Source of the DNA: Candidatus Heimdallarchaeota archaeon B3_Heim
GTDB lineage: Archaea; Asgardarchaeota; Heimdallarchaeia; Hodarchaeales; Hodarchaeaceae
Direction of reading: 5' to 3'
Length of the DNA: 32,000 bases
Assembly (NCBI GenBank): GCA_003144275.1
Contig: NJBF01000034.1
Span: forward strand, 17,060 to 49,059
The position numbers and the translations under genes are program-made. Numbering within the stretch: the stretch's first letter is position 1; every line of letters begins with the position of its first letter. Under the pieces are notes generated by a model, which was not told where the DNA came from, ran no database searches, and saw only the letters and a program-made list of their open reading frames with translations. Positions 9,511 through 17,911 of this stretch are shown in pieces.

Positions 9511-10131
9511 ATGTCACGAGCAAAAATGGATTTCGCTGAGGGAATATTCCGCTCAAATTTCAAGGTGTGTGTGCTTGGTGATGGAGGGGTTGGTAAAACG
9601 GCAATTATTCAACATTTACTGGGTAGGGCGTTTACAACGAATTATCTACTTACCATAGGAACAGATATTTCGACATTTCAGCTTCATCATAATGGCAAAA
9701 ATCTTCGTCTGCAGCTTTGGGATCTGGCCGGCCAAACTCGATTTGATGTTGTTAGGAACTTGTATTTTAGTGGTGCTCGTGCAGGTGTTCTTGTTTTTGA
9801 CCTGACCCGTGAAACATCACTTCACTCCCTTGCTAAATGGAAAAAAGAAATCTTCAGCCATTCTCAACGAAAAGTTCCCCTACTTATACTTGGAAATAAG
9901 TCTGATTTGGATGGTTCTCATTTCTCCTATCTTGATCCTGTTGACAATTTCATCCAAGAGATTGAGAAAGAATACAATAATGAATATGAGAATAACGAAT
10001 TACAGGTTCCTTTTCACACAACTTCTGCCAAAACAGGTAATAATATCTTGAAAGCCTTTGATTCCCTTGGACAAATATTGTTGACCTATCAAAAACAGAC
10101 TAGTGCTATTCCAAAAATTCCATTGGAATAA
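9511..10131 (+). CDS. Rab-like small GTPase
   Basis: G1 GDGGVGKT, effector YLLTIG, G3 WDLAGQ, Rab-like FDVVRNLYFSGARAGVLVFDLT, G4 GNKSD, G5 TSAK. Confidence 0.92.
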   Translation: MSRAKMDFAEGIFRSNFKVCVLGDGGVGKTAIIQHLLGRAFTTNYLLTIGTDISTFQLHHNGKNLRLQLWDLAGQTRFDVVRNLYFSGARAGVLVFDLTRETSLHSLAKWKKEIFSHSQRKVPLLILGNKSDLDGSHFSYLDPVDNFIQEIEKEYNNEYENNELQVPFHTTSAKTGNNILKAFDSLGQILLTYQKQTSAIPKIPLE

Positions 10132-10770
10132 AAACTACCGTTATTCTCTTAGTACTTACCGTGAAAAGTAATCTTTCATTTCTTCCAAGTGAACGCTTCC
10201 TAAATTCAAGGAAATTGGGGAAATTGTTATTAGTTTCTCCTCTAGTAAAACGTAACTATCGGTATCAATAGGTAAGTTGCTTTGCACTTGGCCCCAAAGC
10301 CAGTAAACAGGAATATTCCGTGGATCTAAAGCCTCAATTGCTTTATCAACGTACTTGACAGGACAGAGTTTAACAACTTTTATCTTTGTTGTTAGATCAA
10401 CGCTATTGGGAAAGTTAACATTGAGAATTTTCACTGAATTTGGAAAAGGATTCGATAGAACGTGTGAAACAATTTCTTTGGCTCGTTTCGCTGCGATGTT
10501 AAATCTAGAAGAAGAATCCTGAGTTTTCTCGAAAAGTTCATTTTCAGGTAGTTCTAAGGAAAACGCAAATGATGTAATTCCCAAGATACCTCCTTCTAAT
10601 GCAGCTGCACAGGTGCCTGATGTGAAAATAGCATGAATTGAGGTATTATCACCATGATTTATTCCACTAAGGATGAAATCTGGGATTTTATTATACTGCT
10701 GCATACAAATTTTCTGACCAATGATTACGCTATCAGCTGGAGTACCATAAACAGAATAAGCCTGTATTTT

Positions 10771-10774
10771 CATG
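10771..10774. repeat. CATG target-site duplication / core, left copy
   Basis: Identical CATG at 11129-11132; one copy is needed to rebuild GAC ATG AAA in surE. A 5-bp TCATG reading is also possible. Confidence 0.75.
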
Positions 10775-11128
10775 ACTAGATTTGTCAGACAACTCTTGAA
10801 AAGAGTTCTGGACAGGATGAGTCACACATCCGCTATCCGGCAGATTAGCACCACTAAAAGGGTTACTATTCATTGGGACTACTTGAAGCATCCTTACTGC
10901 TGATATCCCCAGCGCTAATACCTCTCACGCCTAAAGGGTCATTCTTCTCTTGCCTTTGACAGGTAACTCGTCTCACGTAGTTACAAGTGAATAAAACCCA
11001 AGAATTTAGGAATTTTTCTTTTCATCACCTCGCTTGGAAGAGGTTATGGAGGGAGACTTTTTATGAATATAAGAGAGAGGGAGAGGTTAGCGAATACGAG
11101 TAATCTCGCTTTGTCGGACAAAAATGAT
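10775..11128. mobile_element. 354-bp non-autonomous (MITE-like) insertion with imperfect terminal inverted repeats
   Basis: Flanked by CATG at 10771-10774 and 11129-11132. Left end ACTAGATTTGTCAGACAA versus right end (reverse complement) ATCATTTTTGTCCGACAA match at 13/18. Precise removal restores the surE frame. No ORF of 60 aa or more inside. Confidence 0.85.
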
Positions 11129-11132
11129 CATG
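11129..11132. repeat. CATG target-site duplication / core, right copy
   Basis: Matches 10771-10774. Confidence 0.75.
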
Positions 11133-11386
11133 TCATCGAGAAATTTCTCTTTCGCCTGAATTCTAACTGGTTGAGTATATGTTACTGATTTTCCTTTTCC
11201 TGATTGCTGTGTGGAAGGAGCAACGACAATAATGTCTCCTAAAGAACTCATTTCTTTAACTAGTTCCTTTAATCCTACGGCTTCTATGCCATCATCATTT
11301 GTAACTTAGAATAGCAAATATCCCACTCTCAGGTGTTAATTTAACGATGTAAAATAATATCTCTGGCTTACTGATAGTTCAGACTT

Positions 11387-12289
11387 CTATTTCGCTAATT
11401 CTAATGTAAAAAGTGAATAATTATCAGTAATTTTTGGTTTAAATTGAACAAGAGTTTTAGCAATTTCACTACCTTCTTCTGTATTAAAATGCAAAGGGTA
11501 TCTTTCCCAACCAGCCATTTTACATTCACGTGCAATGTCAGTAAGTAAAAGTGGCCATGAATCTTCAAATCCTGGTCGTGTAGCAGTAAAGCGTAGTACA
11601 AGCCTTGGTTTATCACTTGAAGGCTGATCTAAAAGAGGAGCACTAGCACAAACATCCTGGGATTCTTGTGAAATAATAATACAATGGCCATCTTTCAAAA
11701 CTTTATTTTTAAAGTAATCTTGGAAAAATTCTTCAGTTAATCCTGCTTCTTGAAGCTCTTTATCGACTCTACCAAGCTCTATCAATGAATCTATGTCGGA
11801 AGTTGTAGCTAAACGCGATTTATATTTCGTTTTATCATCTAATTTTTGATTACTAAGTTTTTCTATATCAAAACTGTAATCTAATCCTTTTACTTTAAGT
11901 ATAAATCCTCTCTCTGTGAAAAATTCCCGAACCTTGGACCATTGAGTTTTTATCCAATATTGGATTTCATCTGGGTTTTTCGATTTTAAATAGACCAACA
12001 TATCTGAGAAGAGTTTATTCTGAACATCTGGAGAACAATCAGCTGTACACCAAGGGTAGCCAAGATAAAAAACTTTACTTGAAACCTGTGATGCCTGAAT
12101 ATACGCAAGGGGTTTATTCTCATCAGTAAAAGCGTATCGTAATAAGCGGGGGTCCTTTTTATTCTTGATAATTTTCTGTTCAATATCTACCGCACTAACA
12201 TTGCTCCCCGTATTGCTATTAAAAAGATCAGCTTGAATCCTCTCAAATCCCAATCCAGACTCGTAGAATTTATACTTAACATTCTCCAT
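11387..12289 (-). CDS. Hypothetical protein, probably tandem GNAT-like fold
   Basis: 300-aa ORF. Segments LAYIQAS...YLGYPWC...QNKLFSDML...VREFFTERGF and YKSRLATTSDIDSLIEL resemble two GNAT domains (pattern recognition only). Confidence 0.5.
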   Translation of the reverse strand: MENVKYKFYESGLGFERIQADLFNSNTGSNVSAVDIEQKIIKNKKDPRLLRYAFTDENKPLAYIQASQVSSKVFYLGYPWCTADCSPDVQNKLFSDMLVYLKSKNPDEIQYWIKTQWSKVREFFTERGFILKVKGLDYSFDIEKLSNQKLDDKTKYKSRLATTSDIDSLIELGRVDKELQEAGLTEEFFQDYFKNKVLKDGHCIIISQESQDVCASAPLLDQPSSDKPRLVLRFTATRPGFEDSWPLLLTDIARECKMAGWERYPLHFNTEEGSEIAKTLVQFKPKITDNYSLFTLELAK

Positions 12290-12399
12290 TCAGATCACAC
12301 ACATGATACAATTAACGATTATTTTAAGGAGATTTTCACCTGTTTTTTAATGTACCTCTGATGGCAAGAGCTATCTGAAAATCATTCCAACGCCCACCC

Positions 12400-12933
12400 T
12401 TAATCATCAGTAGTTTGGGCTTGAAAACTAATGAATAAATCATCCAATTCATCCAACATAATTTTCGTAGCTGATAACAGATTTTCGAGAGTAGTTTGAA
12501 AGCGCAGAGTTTCAGGTCTTTTAAGAAGTTCTTCACTTAAATTTCCCATACGTTTCAGCGCGTTGGTCATAGGTGCTACGTTATTTCTAAGCATTGAAGT
12601 GAAAGATAAGATCATTCCACTGAGAAGGACAACAGGTGTATTCGATCGTTTTTCATATTGCCATTCTTTCGTATTGGGAATTTTTGTTTTCATAATTAGA
12701 GGTGGACTATCCGTTATGAGTTTAATATTCCGAGAAACAGTAGATAATGAAGTTCCTAACTTGTTAGCTATATCTTTTTGAGTTAAGGGTATGTCAGAAA
12801 GTAAAATCGTCATTAAAATCCGCCCAGCATATGGGCCAACACCTGTATCATTGAGCCAAGTCTCAAAAAGACTAGTAAATTCAGCAATGACTTGTTTCAA
12901 CGATTCTTCATCGGGAGTGGTGGTGGGAGACAT
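12400..12933 (-). CDS. GbsR/MarR-family winged-helix transcriptional regulator
   Basis: GRILMTILLSDIPLTQKDIANKLGTSLSTVSRNIKLI HTH, plus a C-terminal helical dimerisation region. Confidence 0.8.
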   Translation of the reverse strand: MSPTTTPDEESLKQVIAEFTSLFETWLNDTGVGPYAGRILMTILLSDIPLTQKDIANKLGTSLSTVSRNIKLITDSPPLIMKTKIPNTKEWQYEKRSNTPVVLLSGMILSFTSMLRNNVAPMTNALKRMGNLSEELLKRPETLRFQTTLENLLSATKIMLDELDDLFISFQAQTTDD

Positions 12934-13077
12934 GGTTACAACTTAATCTTACGTATTAAATTCAATTTTTTAATTTTTTCCATAATTGCACACAATTGAA
13001 ATATTTATAAAGGAGGATGCGTTTAGTGCTTTCTTGATAATTTATTCTTATTATTAATCAAAAATTGAGGGATTCCA

Positions 13078-16000
13078 TTGAGAAATCCATTTGAATTTAT
13101 AGCGGATATTAATCAATCATATAAAAAATTTATAGTCCCATTTGTCGTAATTTTAACCATAGCATTTGTACCCTTCGCTTTACGCGGTTTTACTGCAACT
13201 AGTGCAGATTTTGTTGGATTTTTACCCAAAAATATTGAGTCAGATCGAGCAGATCAAATTCTTGAACAAGAATTTCCAGGTCGATCGGATTCTAGTGTTG
13301 TTATCTTGTTACAAAGCAAAAACGCATCGCTGGATGTTTTTCATGAACAAATTGTTTCATTAATTCAGGAATTAAACGCTGAACTCAAAACAGAGGAAGA
13401 AATTCCAGATGTGAGTCTAACTTCGTGGGTGTCTTTGGAGGAGGATATTCAAGAGATATTTCAAGAAACGATGCTTGATCTTCAGAGTACGCTTGTAACA
13501 AGCCTGATACCTTTACTCAATGATTATCAAGGTAACATTACTTTAATGAAAGAATTATTGGGGGAATATACCACATTAGCAAAATCCATTGAATTATTTG
13601 CTCAGATCTTGGATTTCTATTTAATAACTTATTACGATTTTGCACGGAGTATCTATTACCTTTCAAACCTTACGAATGCCTATGATTCCTATTTCTATGC
13701 CTCTGATTATGAGTCATTGTATCCTGTTTGGGATAATACAACAGGAGAACTAAATCAAATAATGGTTCTACAGGCTTATTTCGCTACTTTCGATGTGATT
13801 GATCCTTTAGTAACTCCTGATTTTATCATGGATTCTTTGTTAAATGACCTTGTTCTTGGATTCTTTAACCAATCAATGGGAAGTATTGTACCGGTAGAAT
13901 ACATACCAGCTGTCAACCAGCTATTATTATTACTAGAAAGTACTTGGGGTGGTGAATTTGCAAATGAAACAACTTTGAATGGTCCTATGTATAGTACTTT
14001 AGACCTTACCCCTGTTAGTTCAATTAATCAACAATATTTACTTGGTCGCTTAGTAAATGTTTCAGTGTTAACATTGAGCTCTTTATTTGAGGCTGTTATG
14101 GCTGATTCTCAATTACAAGCTGGATTAGAATCTTTACAAGGCGTTTTAGATTTGTCTGGAGATCTTATTCCTACTGTAAATAGTACACTCATTGAAGGAT
14201 TACATGACGCCCCAATACAATACATGGGGTTATGGTTTGATCTTTCTCGCGCTATCTTTTACTTATCAAACGTTACTGCAGCGTACCAAGATGGATTAAA
14301 TATTACTCATCTTAATACAATCAATAACACATGGGCTGGGGTTCTGTATGACTTACCAAATCAGGATTATAACCTATCCACATTAGCCTATACTTCTACA
14401 AATATGACTTACATTCCTTTTGGTATTCCCCTTGGAGAAGCTATGTCAACAATTCCCTCCTTCGGAGATCCAACTCTCAATAATATATCATTCAATATCT
14501 TTAATGGGTCTGTTTTCCAAGCATGGGTTTTTGCTAATCCAAGTAATATTCAAGGATACACCCAGTCGCCTGAATATCAATATTTACTTCTTCTCCGAGA
14601 TACTTGGTCAACTTTATGGAATATTTCTTCCCTAGTTGATGGACCTTTATTTGGGGACTATCTAGGAACAGGATTCATAAGCCCTTTTGTAGAATTTTCT
14701 CAATTAGGGGTACTTGATCGATTAATGGATATTACTAATTCTACATTTCAAGCATATGCTGCAACAATATTTAGTACCATGAATTTCACTGACTCAGGAG
14801 CAGGAACTCCTCTCTCATACAAAATAAGTGAGATTAGTTCAACGAATGGAATTGCGGAAGTAATTGGATTAACAATCAAGAATGAGACAGAACTACAAGC
14901 TTTCGTTACGCAATTATCTGCAGGTGTACTCACACAGTATGTAGCAGACATTCCAATTAATATTTCAATCTTATCTGAAGCTTTAACTACACAAATTATT
15001 CCCTTGGCAGTTTTTTATCGTGATACAGGTTTCCCTCCACAAGTCCTTCAGAATATAATTGTCAATTTATTTGTTGCATTACTGGAAGGAACAGACATAA
15101 CAGCATTTTTCGACCCCTCAATGTTTGGGACATCAGACATTGGTTCTTTTGAGCTTAATACTACTCAACTTTTAGCATCGATAAATTTCACAGAGCTTGT
15201 AAGCAATCTATATCTAACCACCATTCCAGATAGTAATGTCACCACCTTACTTATCGCAGGTGGTATTAGTCAAACTTTAGTGACACAGATTACTTTGATT
15301 ATTCCTGAACCAACCATTCATTCACTTCCCCAGTCTGTAACAAAATCATTAATATCAGCTGATAATAAAACTACATTATTAGTAATTTCTTATCCAGAGG
15401 CTGAAGAAGGCGAAAGTTATGCGGATTCAATTGAACCTATCCGGGTACTTCTGAATGAACTGATGGCAGCTAATAATCTTGAAGATGATATTGATTACTG
15501 GGTCACTGGTGGTCTCGCACAGTTGTATGATAGTTCTCACTCGATGAATGAAGACCTTGAAACTGTTGATGTCGTCGCAGTAATTTTAGTCATTGTATTA
15601 CTATCCCTCGTCTTTCTCAGCTTCATTGCCCCTGTTATACCATTATTAGCAATTGGTATTGCTATCGTTGAGGCTATAGGTTTTGTATTCATTGTTGTAA
15701 CTTTAGCTGGTCATGAAATCCCTACTTTGATGTTAGCACTGCTAACCGTAACAATGCTTGGAGCGGGTGTTGATTATTGTCTATTCATCCTGTGGCGTTA
15801 TAAAGAAGAACGTCAATTCGGCCGTAACAGGTACTTAGCAATTCGTGAGGCCACTATTCATGCAGGAGAATCTGTGGTTTCATCGGGCTCTACAGTGATG
15901 ATTGGTTTCGGTAGTCTTCTCCTCTCAACTTTTCCATTGTTAAATCAACTTGGTTTAGGGCCAATGGTTGGTATTGCCTTCTCTTTATTAGCAGCATTGA

Positions 16001-17700
16001 CTATTATTCCAATTATCTTACACTTCCTCGGTGATAAAGCATTCTTCCCTCGTAATTTCCAAAAAGAATATGAAAAGAATCGGGGGCAAATACAAGCAGA
16101 AATTAAGGCAGAAAAAGCAGGCACAAGAAAAGCGGATAAACCTAAGAGATTTTCTATTAAAGGAATGAGTCACTGGACAGTTAAGCATCCCTGGCCAGTA
16201 ATTTTCGCGTTTTTAGCTGTTACCGCTTTCTTTGCTGTTAAAGCAATGGACATTCGAGTTAGCTACGATACAGCCGATTTGCTCCCCATTAATGTCGAAT
16301 CCATGGAGGGTTTTCAAGCTATGGAAGGGAACTTCCCTAAAGGACAGCTCTATCCAATTAAGGTTGTTTTAAAATTTGATGATCCACTTTCTGAACTTCA
16401 TGATGTCATGTACGATCCAACTAAACTGCAACAAATTGAAGAGTTTGCCAATGAAATAGAGCAAGAATTCAGTTTAACCTCGGATGGAGAAGCATTAGTT
16501 AGCCAAATTAATACCGTGACTAGGCCAAACGGAATCCCTCTTAACTTCTCAGAATCACTCGATGTGCTGACTTTGGGATTAATGACTCAATTTGTAGGCC
16601 CAGTATCAAATACCACGGTAGTTCTTGATGTGATAATGGATGTGGATCCTATAGGGGGAGATTCCTTAGCTTTTGTTGGCCATCTTCGCACCTGGACTGA
16701 GGAGTACCAAACTTCCCAAGAAGCTAATGGGTTCGGTGTTCAGGATGTAGAAATTATTGTCGGGGGCACAACTGCTAGTTTTAAGGATATGTCAGATATT
16801 ATTGAACAAGAAACTCCCCTGATTATTGCCTTCGTCTTAATAGGTATTTTTATTGTATTATACCTCATAACTGGATCCATCTTTACCCCTATTCGATTAG
16901 AACTTACAATCTTAATGACAGTAATCATTACTTTGGGTGCAAGTCAGCTTTTCTTTGTTGAATTTCTCGGATATGGCATTTCATGGATCATGCCAATAAT
17001 GCTGTTTGTCCTGATTTTTGGACTTGGAATGGATTATGATATATTCATAATTACTCGGATGCGTGAAGAAGTAGCTTTACGAGGATTATCGGATGAGGAT
17101 GCTATACTAGAAGCATTAGACAAAAGTTCCACAATTATTACAGCTGCGGGTCTGATTATGGCTTCTTCCCTTGGATCACTTTTTGTAGCTGATTCTGCTA
17201 TACTAAAATTGTTTGGATTTGCATTTTTCATTGGAATTCTCTTGGATGCAACACTTGTACGGCAGCTATTAGTTCCTGCGATCATGGTTGTTGCCAAGCA
17301 AGCCAATTGGTGGAATCCAATTAAATCATTACAGCGAGTACCCAGTGAAGAAGAAAGAAAGAAAATTCGAGAGGCGCAGCTAGTAAGACTGGAACAAGAT
17401 CATCTCGAAAAAGACCTTACTGATAATCAATTAACAGAATTCCGTGTTAAGATGAAACGGTTCTGGAAAGACCTTACAAAGATGGAAAAGATGCGTAAGG
17501 ATCTTTCACATGATGAATATCTTAATAATTTAGATAGAATCGAAAAATCAATAAGGAATTTACCATGTAATGTTCGAAAAACGTTTATTTTTGATGTCCG
17601 TCGGTTGATATCACGAATCCAAGTGTTACGAGAACATGTTACAAATGAGATTTTCGATACGATAGAGATTGATAATCTAAAATTCAAGTTGGAAAAGTAG
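13078..17700 (+). CDS. MMPL/RND-family transporter with a very large extracytoplasmic insertion
   Basis: Two TM clusters with the conserved GVDYCLF and GMDYDIF motifs, TGG and VGG loop motifs, and a C-terminal GxxNWW motif (QANWWNP); 1540 aa. Confidence 0.9.
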   Translation: MRNPFEFIADINQSYKKFIVPFVVILTIAFVPFALRGFTATSADFVGFLPKNIESDRADQILEQEFPGRSDSSVVILLQSKNASLDVFHEQIVSLIQELNAELKTEEEIPDVSLTSWVSLEEDIQEIFQETMLDLQSTLVTSLIPLLNDYQGNITLMKELLGEYTTLAKSIELFAQILDFYLITYYDFARSIYYLSNLTNAYDSYFYASDYESLYPVWDNTTGELNQIMVLQAYFATFDVIDPLVTPDFIMDSLLNDLVLGFFNQSMGSIVPVEYIPAVNQLLLLLESTWGGEFANETTLNGPMYSTLDLTPVSSINQQYLLGRLVNVSVLTLSSLFEAVMADSQLQAGLESLQGVLDLSGDLIPTVNSTLIEGLHDAPIQYMGLWFDLSRAIFYLSNVTAAYQDGLNITHLNTINNTWAGVLYDLPNQDYNLSTLAYTSTNMTYIPFGIPLGEAMSTIPSFGDPTLNNISFNIFNGSVFQAWVFANPSNIQGYTQSPEYQYLLLLRDTWSTLWNISSLVDGPLFGDYLGTGFISPFVEFSQLGVLDRLMDITNSTFQAYAATIFSTMNFTDSGAGTPLSYKISEISSTNGIAEVIGLTIKNETELQAFVTQLSAGVLTQYVADIPINISILSEALTTQIIPLAVFYRDTGFPPQVLQNIIVNLFVALLEGTDITAFFDPSMFGTSDIGSFELNTTQLLASINFTELVSNLYLTTIPDSNVTTLLIAGGISQTLVTQITLIIPEPTIHSLPQSVTKSLISADNKTTLLVISYPEAEEGESYADSIEPIRVLLNELMAANNLEDDIDYWVTGGLAQLYDSSHSMNEDLETVDVVAVILVIVLLSLVFLSFIAPVIPLLAIGIAIVEAIGFVFIVVTLAGHEIPTLMLALLTVTMLGAGVDYCLFILWRYKEERQFGRNRYLAIREATIHAGESVVSSGSTVMIGFGSLLLSTFPLLNQLGLGPMVGIAFSLLAALTIIPIILHFLGDKAFFPRNFQKEYEKNRGQIQAEIKAEKAGTRKADKPKRFSIKGMSHWTVKHPWPVIFAFLAVTAFFAVKAMDIRVSYDTADLLPINVESMEGFQAMEGNFPKGQLYPIKVVLKFDDPLSELHDVMYDPTKLQQIEEFANEIEQEFSLTSDGEALVSQINTVTRPNGIPLNFSESLDVLTLGLMTQFVGPVSNTTVVLDVIMDVDPIGGDSLAFVGHLRTWTEEYQTSQEANGFGVQDVEIIVGGTTASFKDMSDIIEQETPLIIAFVLIGIFIVLYLITGSIFTPIRLELTILMTVIITLGASQLFFVEFLGYGISWIMPIMLFVLIFGLGMDYDIFIITRMREEVALRGLSDEDAILEALDKSSTIITAAGLIMASSLGSLFVADSAILKLFGFAFFIGILLDATLVRQLLVPAIMVVAKQANWWNPIKSLQRVPSEEERKKIREAQLVRLEQDHLEKDLTDNQLTEFRVKMKRFWKDLTKMEKMRKDLSHDEYLNNLDRIEKSIRNLPCNVRKTFIFDVRRLISRIQVLREHVTNEIFDTIEIDNLKFKLEK

Positions 17701-17724
17701 GATCCTCAAGATCTACTTCTCCGC

Positions 17725-17762
17725 TATTTTTCTTTTGTCCAGCTCTTCCTCTTTTTTTTCTA
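17725..17762 (+). terminator. Oligo-T tract after the MMPL gene (archaeal-type terminator candidate)
   Basis: T-rich run (ctatttttcttttg...cttttttttc) 25-60 bp after the TAG, between convergent genes. Confidence 0.35.
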
Positions 17763-17911
17763 TTAAGCTAATAGCTTTAAATGGGTGGAAAATCAGCTAT
17801 TTTTGGTTCCTGTAAAAATAGTTGTAGTGAGGTATGTCAATTTGGTATTTATGTGATATTAATTTCTTCGATGATATAGTTCATTAACGTACTCGAAATT
17901 CCTTTATTCCT

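Larger units (their letters stand above)
10156..11326 (-). pseudogene. surE: 5'/3'-nucleotidase SurE, split by an insertion and carrying an early in-frame TAA
   Basis: N-part 11326-11129 reads MGYLLF*VTNDDGIEAVGLKELVKEMSSLGDIIVVAPSTQQSGKGKSVTYTQPVRIQAKEKFLDDM. C-part 10773-10156 reads (M)KIQAYSVYGTPADS...SGINHGDNTS...TSGTCAAALEG. Joining at CATG gives 270 codons with all SurE motifs (NDDG, SGxG, GTPAD, SGIN, SGT). Confidence 0.9.

Noticed and set aside
10781-10990. Known riboswitch, SRP RNA or RNase P RNA in the GC-richer segment
   Set aside because: No TPP, cobalamin, fluoride, SRP or RNase P consensus motifs were found in the right order on either strand.
10981-11025. MKRKIPKFL... as the true surE start
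   Set aside because: It has a good SD but stops after 14 codons; the real NDDG-containing N-terminus is at 11326-11129.
10775-11128. Insertion as an archaeal BHB, group I or group II intron
   Set aside because: No bulge-helix-bulge pairing at the junctions, and no group I P7 or group II domain V consensus was recognised. The direct repeat plus inverted ends fit a DNA element better. Splicing cannot be formally excluded without RNA data.
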